59,297 bases of DNA from a virus. Below, piece after piece: positions 25,255-34,874 of this stretch. Numbering within the stretch: the stretch's first letter is position 1; each line of letters starts with the position of its first letter. The stretch lies in IMG/VR virus record IMGVR_UViG_3300045988_117970. One strand, written 5' to 3'. Below the pieces are notes generated by a model. It saw only the letters and a program-made list of their open reading frames with translations. It was not told where the DNA came from and did no database searches. A program made the position numbers and the translations under genes.

Positions 25255-26341
25255 TGACCTCCACCTCCCCGATTACTGGAACATGGTATTTATCACAGGT
25301 CACATTTCCTTTCCCGCCGTTTACCAGTAAGTTGTCAAAATCAACAATATCGGAAATGTTGGAAATCAAGGCGCTCACATTATTGTATCGGATAACAATT
25401 TCGTCCGAAGTTGAATTCAATGCCAGTTCCTTCAGATATGCTTTTACCGCATTTGATACTTCCGTCTGGATACCGTTGTAGGTGCTTTCTGCCTTTTTTG
25501 TTACGTCCAGTTTCACGCTGATTTCCTGCTTCTTTGCAGCAACCGCAGTGAAAAAGCACCCGAATGTTGCCTTTCCCTCTCCGAAGCCCTGCGCTCCCGG
25601 ATCAATGGTATCCTGCACCAGTTTTACAACTTCCTCTGTCGGCTCAGCTCCCTCAGTAGAAATAATAATCCCAAGAACAGTACAATCACCATTCCACAGC
25701 GGAACGATTCTTGCACGCCCTACTCCCTGAATTTCCTCGCACCACGAACGAACCTGAACCGCATTTCCGTTTTCCGCTGGCCCGGACAACTTATCAATAT
25801 ATCTGGATCTTGCTGAGTCGTCCTCTTCCATATCCACCGCCGGTACCGCAAGTTCTTTCAATGTGGCACTGATAAGGTTATCAACGTCCTGATCTGGAAT
25901 TACCGGAAGCCCCGGAACCAGAGCATTCATATCCGTACCAGTTTCTTCAGATACGATTACCCATTTGTCGTCAAGCTTTTGTGCTGTAAAGAAATGATCG
26001 TCACAGCTCATAAGGTCTCCAACCTGCGGCTCAGCTCCCACAAATTCCACATAATATGTAGCTGCGGTATCTGCCGGAGGATTTCGTGCCATTCCACGTT
26101 CCATCATTTTCTCGGTCAAAACGTCGCCGGTACATGTCGTGATAGAAAGAATCTCATTTACAGTGGCAAGGTCATTGAAAAACTTTGCCGCCCGGATAAT
26201 GTGTCCGTCGGAAGCGTCCCTGTATATGCTGCCTTGGTTTGTGTCAACACCAAGTTCGGCTCCCATATCTTCGCACTCTGCCATCAGATAATCTTCCGTA
26301 ATTTCATCAAGCTCAAGCTCTCCGATATTTTTAATCGCCAT
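25241..26341 (-). CDS. Baseplate J-like protein (XkdT-like)
   Basis: 366 aa; synteny. Confidence 0.7.
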   Translation of the reverse strand: MAIKNIGELELDEITEDYLMAECEDMGAELGVDTNQGSIYRDASDGHIIRAAKFFNDLATVNEILSITTCTGDVLTEKMMERGMARNPPADTAATYYVEFVGAEPQVGDLMSCDDHFFTAQKLDDKWVIVSEETGTDMNALVPGLPVIPDQDVDNLISATLKELAVPAVDMEEDDSARSRYIDKLSGPAENGNAVQVRSWCEEIQGVGRARIVPLWNGDCTVLGIIISTEGAEPTEEVVKLVQDTIDPGAQGFGEGKATFGCFFTAVAAKKQEISVKLDVTKKAESTYNGIQTEVSNAVKAYLKELALNSTSDEIVIRYNNVSALISNISDIVDFDNLLVNGGKGNVTCDKYHVPVIGEVEVNGSL

Positions 26342-26765
26342 CTGCTATCGCCCCCTCTATCTCAATATCTCCATAAATGGTACTTGCTGTAAATGACACA
26401 TGAACGCTATCGTGAGAAATGATCTCATACGAAAAATCGGAAACGCCTGTAACCCTTTCGTCGTAAAGCAACGCTTCCTCCAGCATTGCCGGCATGTCGG
26501 ATTCCAGAAAATCTTCCGTAAGCCCACTGTCATTTATCTTGTTGAAAAAATCACACCCATACTGATCGTCATAGATCAAATGAGCGAACCGGGTTGTTGA
26601 CAGGATTTTCCAGATAGCCTGTACCGCAGCTTCCTTCCCATCTATCATTCCACCGATTCGTTTCCTCTCAAAATCCATCTTATAGGTGCGATATACCTGA
26701 TTTGATTCGTCTATATCGTCCTCGTCAAAAGGAACGCTGACAATTTCATCTAATTCTTCGTCCAT
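26331..26765 (-). CDS. Baseplate protein (XkdS/DUF2634-like)
   Basis: 144 aa; synteny. Confidence 0.6.
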   Translation of the reverse strand: MDEELDEIVSVPFDEDDIDESNQVYRTYKMDFERKRIGGMIDGKEAAVQAIWKILSTTRFAHLIYDDQYGCDFFNKINDSGLTEDFLESDMPAMLEEALLYDERVTGVSDFSYEIISHDSVHVSFTASTIYGDIEIEGAIADGD

Positions 26766-26769
26766 ATTC

Positions 26770-27015
26770 TCACACCCTGTCCATCATGTAGTATGATTTT
26801 CCATTATTAAAGGCGAACATATAGAAATGCTCGCCCACATTTAAAGGTTCCAGCCTGTCGGGTACCGTTAAGGAAATAGCCGACAAGCTTATATTTATGT
26901 CATTTTGCAACGTCACCTGCAAGGGATCAACGCTCGTCACTGCACCGATTACCATTTTCGGAACATACGGCTGCACCATCTGCTGGATCAGTTGCTTAAT
27001 TGATGTAGCTGCCAT
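26770..27015 (-). CDS. Baseplate spike/plug protein (XkdR/DUF2577-like)
   Basis: 81 aa; synteny. Confidence 0.55.
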   Translation of the reverse strand: MAATSIKQLIQQMVQPYVPKMVIGAVTSVDPLQVTLQNDINISLSAISLTVPDRLEPLNVGEHFYMFAFNNGKSYYMMDRV

Positions 27016-27026
27016 AACGCCTCCTG

Positions 27027-28238
27027 TCAGATTTCTTTCAGATAACCAGAATAAGAATATCCTGTAGTGCCTTTATACCTCACATGGAGCCAGCCATTCT
27101 TGGATTTTCCATCCCCCTCCGCAGTTTTTCCATATGGGATCGCTGTAAGTTTTGTGCCATTTGGCTCTTTTCTGATAAACAATCCGCTTCTCGCCGTCAC
27201 CCGATACTTTTTGTTCCATGAGCTGCCAGATCCGCTACCAGAAGAGCCGCCGCTGGTTTTATAGTCAGGTACATAATTCAATTTCAGTTTCATCTGGTGC
27301 TTTCCGTCTTCAAATGTATGGGTATCTTCATCAACATACATTACTTTTGTCAGCCCCAATGCACTGATTTTTACATGAACACAGCCCCCGGAAATAACAG
27401 AAATATCCCCGGTGCCCGTCCATGTTAAGGACTGCGCCACTATGCTCTTCTCTTCTTTGAAGGTTGCGATTTTCTGGTTCAGCTCCGTTGCGCTTGCGTC
27501 ATTGTCCACTGATTGAACATCTGCAAACTTGCCAATTTTCTTCTCCAATTCTTTATTGGTATAAGATTTCTTGGTTTTGTTTTTGGACGTAATCAGTTTT
27601 ATCCGGGTTCTGGTATCATAAATGGAACGTGTCTGCTCATAGCTTTCTGTGTTGGTTGTCACGCTCAGCTCCGGCATGGTATTCACATCTTTTCTCTGCC
27701 AGAGATATATTTTCCCCTTTTCAGATCTGACGTAATACCGCCTACCGGTTGATTTGTATGTCTCGCTCAGAGCCTCTTGAATCACGTCCCAGTATGTGGA
27801 ATTGGATTTTACAAGCTCCGAGATTTTCTTTCCGGTATCTACTGCGCTGCCAACCGTCAGGCCAGCACGCTTGCAGCAATCTTTAAAAATCTGAGTTGCC
27901 GTTTTCTTCTTATAGCTGAAAGAATCTTTGCTGTTGCTGAGATATATGCAGTTGTCCCACGCCTTTAGGGTGAGCTTCCGGGCGCTGCTCTTTGTTTCCG
28001 TCATAAGCAGCCCCCTGAAAATCTCTTTGCCATCCAGATACAGTACACAGGTCTGACCGCTTCCGCAATCCACGGAAGCTCTTTTCATTGCATACCCTTC
28101 CGAATCAAACAGGACAACTGAAATACTCCTTGGTGCTGCCCCTTTCCTGCCAGATACCGTAACCGAAGAAACCAGTTCGCTATAATCGTAAAAGGTTCGC
28201 CCTCTGCCTATCATAAATTTCAAGGTATAATCTGCCAT
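27027..28238 (-). CDS. Baseplate hub protein (XkdQ / gpD-like) with a C-terminal SH3-like domain
   Basis: 403 aa; C-terminal YRVTARSGLFIRKEPNGTKL...GWLHVRYKGTTGY. Confidence 0.65.
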   Translation of the reverse strand: MADYTLKFMIGRGRTFYDYSELVSSVTVSGRKGAAPRSISVVLFDSEGYAMKRASVDCGSGQTCVLYLDGKEIFRGLLMTETKSSARKLTLKAWDNCIYLSNSKDSFSYKKKTATQIFKDCCKRAGLTVGSAVDTGKKISELVKSNSTYWDVIQEALSETYKSTGRRYYVRSEKGKIYLWQRKDVNTMPELSVTTNTESYEQTRSIYDTRTRIKLITSKNKTKKSYTNKELEKKIGKFADVQSVDNDASATELNQKIATFKEEKSIVAQSLTWTGTGDISVISGGCVHVKISALGLTKVMYVDEDTHTFEDGKHQMKLKLNYVPDYKTSGGSSGSGSGSSWNKKYRVTARSGLFIRKEPNGTKLTAIPYGKTAEGDGKSKNGWLHVRYKGTTGYSYSGYLKEI

Positions 28239-28246
28239 AACGCCTC

Positions 28247-28963
28247 CTACGGTATTGTGATCGTCGTGCCGGGAAAAATCAGATTTCCATTCCGGCAGTT
28301 AGAGTATCCATGTTTCTTTGCGGCTTTGTTCAGCACACTCTTATTGGCATTATAGATTTTGGTGCATTTTTTGCCGTCTCCATAATACTTTTTCGCAATA
28401 TTCCACAGGCAGTCACCCTGTTTGATTTTGTAAGTCTTTTTCTTCTGGGTGTTATTTACCCTTTTCTTTGTTTTTGTCTGTTTTGCCGGAGCTTTTTTCT
28501 TGGTGTTCGGCTTCGTGTATTTCTTTATGGTTACTGACCGATACTCTTTCAGCGTGATGGAATAGCTGATTGTTCCAACATCACCACCCTCTTCCGTAGC
28601 GGTATAGCTGGTTATCACAGCATATATGTTCAAGCTGAATGCCCCAGAAAAGACTAAATGCAGTGGATTTGCTGCATTCATAAGTGCCAGAATCCATTTG
28701 TGCATGGTCTGTGGCGATTTGAAATTCTTTTTCTGGCAAGTGCAATAACTGCCATAGGTTGCCGGAAAGTAAGAAGACCAGCTTATTTGCATCGGTCCTC
28801 TCTTCCCCTTGTGAAGTAAAGTGCCAAGACGGTCAATGTCAGAAGTGACCGCCTTGCCATCTATTTTGATCTGTATTGATTCCGGATTCATCGGGACTTG
28901 ATACTTCTTCTTATCGTTGTCGTAATTCATCCAGATCGTATACTTGGAAGCTTTAAAACTCAT
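28247..28963 (-). CDS. LysM-domain tail protein (XkdP-like)
   Basis: C-terminal YKIKQGDCLWNIAKKYYGDG...LIFPGTTITIP LysM motif. The start at 28963 has a GGAG RBS. Confidence 0.7.
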   Translation of the reverse strand: MSFKASKYTIWMNYDNDKKKYQVPMNPESIQIKIDGKAVTSDIDRLGTLLHKGKRGPMQISWSSYFPATYGSYCTCQKKNFKSPQTMHKWILALMNAANPLHLVFSGAFSLNIYAVITSYTATEEGGDVGTISYSITLKEYRSVTIKKYTKPNTKKKAPAKQTKTKKRVNNTQKKKTYKIKQGDCLWNIAKKYYGDGKKCTKIYNANKSVLNKAAKKHGYSNCRNGNLIFPGTTITIP

Positions 28964-31900
28964 ACGCCCCTTCTCCTTCCTCAATAATTTCCTGCTGCAC
29001 GATATTCATAAATACGTCTCGCAGGTTTTCTATCATAGCATCTACAATCTTCTCTTTTGAAACTCCGCTTCCAGAAACGTTTATACTGCCCTGTCCGCCT
29101 ATCTCTAACCTAATTACCCTTTCACTGGTTTGAGGGCTTCCTACAGGCTGTGACACGCTCTGAGGTGCATTTACTGTTTGCACTGGTGCTTCCACACTCT
29201 TTCCCTCGCCACTATTCAGAACGCCAAGCATTTCGCCAGTCTGCTCAAACAGTGATAAGGAACGGTCTGAACCGTCCAGAGGGATAATGGATTCTGGCCC
29301 AGCTTCTGCCACAATACCCAAATGCGGTTCATCAAAGATACCGCCAAGAGCATGAAGCGAAGCAGATACCGTTGCAGATCCAGTTGCCCCGCCGCCAAAG
29401 CTGATTGTCTTTGTCGGGTTCGCAAGAGAATAATTTGCTGTAAGTGTTACATTTACTACTCCAGACGCAGAATAAGGTGAAGCCCATGCACTCCGCACAA
29501 GTCCGCCAACTTCCGCATACAGTGCAGCAATATTGTCCGCTCCTTTTGCGAGGGTAACATCAACTGTTCCGTCTGCCGGAAGTGCTGTCGCAAATGCAGA
29601 GATTACATCTGTCTGCGCCGCTTCTACTGCCGGAGAACTGTTGATGGATCCAGCGGTCATTGTAATGTCTGCCGGTACTGTCACCGGAACAGGGTTCTGC
29701 TCTCCCAGTTTGGAGCCAATCTCAGAGGATAATGCTCCATCGTCAATCGTTCCTGCCTGAATCGTAACATTTGCCGGGACGGTAACTGGTACTGCCTCGC
29801 CCTGCTGCAATTTTTCAGAAATAGCAGACGCAAGGGCGCTATCATCAAGGCTTGCGACCTCGAATTTGATAGTGGTTGGAACCTGTGTTTCTTTTGGTTC
29901 CGCCTGTGTTTCCTGTTCTTGTGCTGCCTGTGTGACTTGCGAATCATCAACACCAGCATTTGTCATGTTGGTTTTCACAGGTTGCTCGCGTTCCAGAACT
30001 TCTCCTGTCTCATTCTTTGCCGCTGCTTCTGCCGCTTGTCCCACTTCGGAAGATTCCACGCCCTCATTTTTCAGAGTGGTTTTTACTGACTGCTCTTCCT
30101 CAATAGTCTGCCCGGTTTCATTTTCCGCAGCTTCTTTGGCAGCTTCGCCAACTTGGCTTGCGTCCACGCTTGCTGCTTCAACGATTGCCTCCGGGATATT
30201 GATAACCTGATCTGGATAAATCAGATTGAGATCTTTTATCTCAGGGTTTGCTTCGCGGATCTGCTGCTCTACTTCCGACCAGACAACGCCATACTGCTCC
30301 ATGATCCCCGAAAGTGTCTCACCCTCATTGACGGTGTACTGCAATGCAATTTCCCCGCCATCAAGAGTTGTGGTTCCCACATAGGTGAGACCTTCAAACG
30401 CAGTGTCGATCAGTTCTTGGACATGAGCCTCATTGACTTCTATATCCTCAACGTCTGCCTGCATACCTTCGATTGTCACCGGATCAGTGGTGGTTTCCGC
30501 AGTAGCTCTCTCGATTGCTGTCCGCAATTCGTCCGGTACATTTACAGTTCCTTCCTGAATAGCCTGTACCAGTGCGGCATTTGCCGGATCAGCTACCATC
30601 TGATTTGCGAATACCTGCCATGCAGCGTCTGCGTCACCTGCCGCAGCACCGACCATCATAGCGTCATTGAACGCCTGCATAACATCTTGTGGGATAGCCT
30701 GCCCCATTTCTCGGTATTCGTCAATCAGCCCTGTCATACTGTCAACGTCCGGTTTCATGGCTTGGTAGATGTCCTGCATTGCCGCTTGGTCGCTACCCAT
30801 AATCTCTCCATACAGACTTGCAGACTGCATGGAAGCGTTAAAGCCCAACGCCAACGAATCTGTCAGTGATGTATAGTCCTGATTTTGCAGATAGGTGTTC
30901 GCATTCTTCAGAAAGTTATCCGTATTCTTCTGAATAGCTGAATAGTTCTCCTGAAGCTTTTCTCCATAAGCGTCCGACAGTGTGTTTGTTTCAAACTGAA
31001 CGCTGTTTCCAAGCATGGAGGCTTCATTGTTTCTGGCTGCATAACCCGCCTGCTCTTTGTAATTTGCCAGCTCTGAATCAGAAATCCTCTGAACGCCGTT
31101 TGCGTCTGGCCTGTTCAGTGCGTTAAGCGTGGTGTACAGTTTCTTTTCGGATTCTTCCAGTGCCGCCGTTGCCGTTTCTCTCTGCTTTCCGACTTCCTCC
31201 ACAACTTTTGTAAAGGTGTCGTCCGTCAGGTCTTTGCCGGACAGTCTTCCGTATTTCTGCGTCAGCACGTCCATTTCAGCTTGCGCTTCTGCTTCCTGCC
31301 AGCCCTGCATGATATTGTTGATCTTGGTCTGCAATTCATCAATGGCAGCCTGCTCGTCAACGTCAATGATTCCATCCTGCAAAGCATTCTGAACCAGATT
31401 CGTAAGACCGGCTGACAGATACTGCATATCCCCGAGATCCTGTTCCGCCCATTTCTCAATCTGAGATCCAAGGCTGGAACCATCCGCCATTTTGATGTCA
31501 AACTCTTTGACGGTCATTTCCGCTGCAAGCGTCTGTTCCGAAAGAGCCTGTTCAATGTTGGTCGTAAAGGTCTCGATATTGGACATATATGTGGATTGCT
31601 CGTCTTCGGTCAGTGAAATACCAACCCTCGCTCTCCACTCAAGCGTATCGTTCTGCTTCAAGGCATCCTCTGCCTGCTGCACCAGTTCTTCCGCATTGTC
31701 AAAATGTCCCAGTGCCGTATTGATATTTACAAGCCACTCCGCATTGATTACACGAGAAGCAAAATCTTTAATCTGAGAATCATCCAGCTCTACAGTGCCA
31801 AAATGTGCCTGTAGGTTGCTGTCAATATTCATTTCGCTGTATTCGTGGAGTGCCACTCCTACAGCAGTAACCGCCGCAACCGCTGCCGCTGCGCCCGCCG

Positions 31901-33653
31901 CCCAAGGATTGCTGAAAAGTGATCCAGCAAATTTTCCCAGTGCACCTGTCAGACTGCCTGCGTCAGTAACGGCCTTTGCAATATTCATTCCGGTAGATAC
32001 CGTTTTCATTGCAAGAAAGCCAGCCCCAAGGCTTGTGAGTGCCCCGGTGATTGCCTGCGGATTTTTTAATATGGTTTCAAATAAAGGTTTCAGTGCATTT
32101 CCGAGCTTATTCGCACCGGAAGCAAAGGACTCAAATGCAGTCGGTACCCATTCCGTAAGAATCGGGATAATGGTATTGGTTAGATACTGAACGCCCTCTC
32201 TCATTGGCTCTTCCATAGCTTCAAATGTCTGTAGCTCCATTTCTTCAAATGCGCTGTTCATATTCGCCATGTCGCCGTTCAGATTGTCGTTCATGGTGTC
32301 AGCCATATCCTCTGCTGCGCCTGTAGATCCACGCAACGCCTCTTCGTATCTGGCAATGTTCTCAACGCCTTCATTCAGCATTAAGTTCAAGCCCTTTGTA
32401 GAATCGGCAGTAAATGTGGCTCCCAGTGCCGCAGCTCTGTCAGCTTCTCCCATTCCATTTGTGGCCTTTTCCACATCAAGAAGAATATCCGTAAGATCTC
32501 GGAAATTACCTTGTGCGTCAGATACCGCCACCGATGTTTCACCAATCTTGATTGCACCATCTTCCATGTTATTCGTGATGTCACGCATAACTGCGGTAAG
32601 TGCGGTACCAGCTTCCGAACCCTTATAACCTTGGTTTGCCATTGCTTCCAACATGGAAGTTACCGTTTCTGCGTCCTGTCCGGCTGCATTTAAGTTTGCC
32701 GCACTGTTTCGGTAGGCTTCTCCAAGCTGCGCTGCGGAAGTGTTGCTGTTTGCCTGTGCATATGCAAGCATATCGGCGAAATACGCCGAATCCTGAGCCT
32801 GCATTCCAAAAGCAGATAAGTAATCGGTGACCATGTCCGAAGCCTGTCCCAGTTCCATTCCACTTGCAGCGGCAAGGTTCAGCACGCCTCCCAATGCGGA
32901 AGATGATTGCTGCGCATCCCAACCAGCAAGGCTCATGTATTTGAGGGCTTCGGCTGCCTCTGTTGCGCTGAAAACCGTTGTTGCGCCGTACTCTCTGGCA
33001 GTATTTTGTAAAAGAGCCAGATCGCTACCGGTAGCTCCAGACAACGCCTGTACCTCTGACATCATGGCAGTATAATCTTTGCCGATGTCTATAGCGTCCG
33101 AAGCATACTTTCCGACCTGGCTTAATACGGCAGCCATTGAAACGACTGCAAATAATTTCTTTAGGGAATCTGCGAGGCTGTTCGCCTTTCCTTCCGCTTC
33201 TCCCATACTGGCTCCGGCTTCGTCTGCGCTCTCTCCTAAATTCCCAAGACCGTCTCCGTCGCCCAAACCATCTACGCTATCTCCAAGGCTTTCGGTGGAT
33301 TCTGATAGGCTGCCAATACTCTCCCCTGCATCCTCCGCCGCCCTTGTAAGCTCATCGGCACCATCAGCAGCACTTTCAAATCCCTCGGAAAAATCAACAG
33401 CGGAGCTTTGCTCCAGCTCTTCCATTGCCTGTCCAACGGAATCTCCGAGAGAATCCATGCTGCTTGCTGCCCTATCCATTGCATTTCCAAGACTGCTGGC
33501 AAATTGCTCAGGTGAATTGCTGCTGAATGCCCGGTCAATCTGTTGCCCCACCTGCTGTAATTGTGTCGCAGATGTTCGTGCCGCAGAGGAAACACGGGAA
33601 AGTTTTGAACTCACATCATCTTGCAATGTAAGCCTAACAGAAACATCACTCAT
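28953..33653 (-). CDS. Tape measure protein
   Basis: 1566 aa, Ala/Ser/Glu-rich and helical, with an internal LysM-like segment and tandem repeats. Positioned after the tail chaperones. Confidence 0.9.
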   Translation of the reverse strand: MSDVSVRLTLQDDVSSKLSRVSSAARTSATQLQQVGQQIDRAFSSNSPEQFASSLGNAMDRAASSMDSLGDSVGQAMEELEQSSAVDFSEGFESAADGADELTRAAEDAGESIGSLSESTESLGDSVDGLGDGDGLGNLGESADEAGASMGEAEGKANSLADSLKKLFAVVSMAAVLSQVGKYASDAIDIGKDYTAMMSEVQALSGATGSDLALLQNTAREYGATTVFSATEAAEALKYMSLAGWDAQQSSSALGGVLNLAAASGMELGQASDMVTDYLSAFGMQAQDSAYFADMLAYAQANSNTSAAQLGEAYRNSAANLNAAGQDAETVTSMLEAMANQGYKGSEAGTALTAVMRDITNNMEDGAIKIGETSVAVSDAQGNFRDLTDILLDVEKATNGMGEADRAAALGATFTADSTKGLNLMLNEGVENIARYEEALRGSTGAAEDMADTMNDNLNGDMANMNSAFEEMELQTFEAMEEPMREGVQYLTNTIIPILTEWVPTAFESFASGANKLGNALKPLFETILKNPQAITGALTSLGAGFLAMKTVSTGMNIAKAVTDAGSLTGALGKFAGSLFSNPWAAGAAAAVAAVTAVGVALHEYSEMNIDSNLQAHFGTVELDDSQIKDFASRVINAEWLVNINTALGHFDNAEELVQQAEDALKQNDTLEWRARVGISLTEDEQSTYMSNIETFTTNIEQALSEQTLAAEMTVKEFDIKMADGSSLGSQIEKWAEQDLGDMQYLSAGLTNLVQNALQDGIIDVDEQAAIDELQTKINNIMQGWQEAEAQAEMDVLTQKYGRLSGKDLTDDTFTKVVEEVGKQRETATAALEESEKKLYTTLNALNRPDANGVQRISDSELANYKEQAGYAARNNEASMLGNSVQFETNTLSDAYGEKLQENYSAIQKNTDNFLKNANTYLQNQDYTSLTDSLALGFNASMQSASLYGEIMGSDQAAMQDIYQAMKPDVDSMTGLIDEYREMGQAIPQDVMQAFNDAMMVGAAAGDADAAWQVFANQMVADPANAALVQAIQEGTVNVPDELRTAIERATAETTTDPVTIEGMQADVEDIEVNEAHVQELIDTAFEGLTYVGTTTLDGGEIALQYTVNEGETLSGIMEQYGVVWSEVEQQIREANPEIKDLNLIYPDQVINIPEAIVEAASVDASQVGEAAKEAAENETGQTIEEEQSVKTTLKNEGVESSEVGQAAEAAAKNETGEVLEREQPVKTNMTNAGVDDSQVTQAAQEQETQAEPKETQVPTTIKFEVASLDDSALASAISEKLQQGEAVPVTVPANVTIQAGTIDDGALSSEIGSKLGEQNPVPVTVPADITMTAGSINSSPAVEAAQTDVISAFATALPADGTVDVTLAKGADNIAALYAEVGGLVRSAWASPYSASGVVNVTLTANYSLANPTKTISFGGGATGSATVSASLHALGGIFDEPHLGIVAEAGPESIIPLDGSDRSLSLFEQTGEMLGVLNSGEGKSVEAPVQTVNAPQSVSQPVGSPQTSERVIRLEIGGQGSINVSGSGVSKEKIVDAMIENLRDVFMNIVQQEIIEEGEGAYEF

Positions 33654-33665
33654 GCCATACCTCCA

Positions 33666-33869
33666 CTATGTGGTCTTTATGTAGACCTTTGCCAATCTGT
33701 CGGAGGATTCAATAGGATAATCGTTTGCAAGCCTTTCTGATGCGATATAGGCCAGTTGCACATTTCTTGGCATTTCGGCAAATTCTTCCATGCGCAACCC
33801 TCTCTTTTGCCAGAGGATATGAGCATACTGCCAGTCTGTGCCATCTGGTGTCTGTACCGCACCAGACAT
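33666..33869 (-). CDS. Tail assembly chaperone, downstream (-1 frame) segment
   Basis: 67-aa ORF starting in a TAATG overlap with the upstream chaperone. Slippery heptamer just upstream. Confidence 0.55.
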   Translation of the reverse strand: MSGAVQTPDGTDWQYAHILWQKRGLRMEEFAEMPRNVQLAYIASERLANDYPIESSDRLAKVYIKTT

Positions 33870-34342
33870 TAGTTTTTTATTTTTTTAACAGTCTCTTCCT
33901 CGTCCTGTTTCGCTGCAAGACCGCACGCTTCCATGACACACTTATTTGCATAGCGGAAATCATCTCTATCTGCAAAAAGTGTTTCCGGCATATCCAGACG
34001 GTCATTCACCTTATAAAACTCCATAAGCTCAGGATCATCAAGTTTCGGCTGAACAAAAGCGTCAACCATGATATGCAAGCCTGCTCTCTCGGCATCATAA
34101 TCCTTGCGAACAACAACCTGTCCATTCTCAATAACCGGTCTGTTGCCATTCTTTTTGTCTCTGAAAACTTCTGTGGTTTTATACAGGTTTCGGATCTCTT
34201 TGATCTCTTTCATGGAGAGCTGTTTAATGATGAAAGGTACCGGATTCCCTTTGCTGTCTGTGAATGTAGCCACGCCCGGGAACTCCACAGTTCCTCTCTC
34301 TTTTAACTCTGCTTTCATAAATGCTTTTAAATTCATATCCAT
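33869..34342 (-). CDS. Tail assembly chaperone (XkdN-like)
   Basis: 157 aa, between the tube and tape measure genes. Confidence 0.65.
   Translation of the reverse strand: MDMNLKAFMKAELKERGTVEFPGVATFTDSKGNPVPFIIKQLSMKEIKEIRNLYKTTEVFRDKKNGNRPVIENGQVVVRKDYDAERAGLHIMVDAFVQPKLDDPELMEFYKVNDRLDMPETLFADRDDFRYANKCVMEACGLAAKQDEEETVKKIKN
33872..33878 (-). promoter_or_regulatory. Candidate -1 programmed frameshift site A_AAA_AAC
   Basis: Minus strand AAAAAAC occupies the last two sense codons of ORF 33869-34342. The -1 frame is open into ORF 33666-33869. Confidence 0.45.
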
Positions 34343-34421
34343 ATCTGTTGTCCTCCATATGATTGATTTTCCAAAAATTTAAGGGAGAGCCACTGCTCTC
34401 CCCATGCTTCATGCCCTTGTA

Positions 34422-34859
34422 TTACGCTGCCAGATCCTTTGCACCGAACTCGATAGAATCCTTTACAACATCTCCGTCGGTATCCAGATCCATAAGTGCA
34501 ATCTTTCCTGTGATTACACAGCCGATTGCAGTGATGGAATCTCCTTTGTTGATGTCATAATAGTCGGAATGTTCATCCTCGCAGATTCCCTGAATTTTAA
34601 GCTCCGGTGTAGCACCAGTTTTGATGTATTCCAGAACTTTTCTCTTCCACATATTCGTGGTTTTCCACTGTTCCAGAGTGCCTGTGATGTCGTAACCGAT
34701 CCAACGACGGTTTGTACCTTTTTCGCTCAGCGTCTTTCCTTCCCAAACTTTAGGAGTGAAATATAACTGGAACTTACAGGAATCAGCTACAAGAGTACCG
34801 TCAATATAAATCTTTCCCTCTCTTGCACAGAGAGGGCTTTTATTTACACGTCCTGCCAT
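34422..34859 (-). CDS. Tail tube protein (XkdM-like)
   Basis: 145 aa, directly after the sheath gene. Confidence 0.75.
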   Translation of the reverse strand: MAGRVNKSPLCAREGKIYIDGTLVADSCKFQLYFTPKVWEGKTLSEKGTNRRWIGYDITGTLEQWKTTNMWKRKVLEYIKTGATPELKIQGICEDEHSDYYDINKGDSITAIGCVITGKIALMDLDTDGDVVKDSIEFGAKDLAA

Positions 34860-34874
34860 AATAATCTCCTTTCT

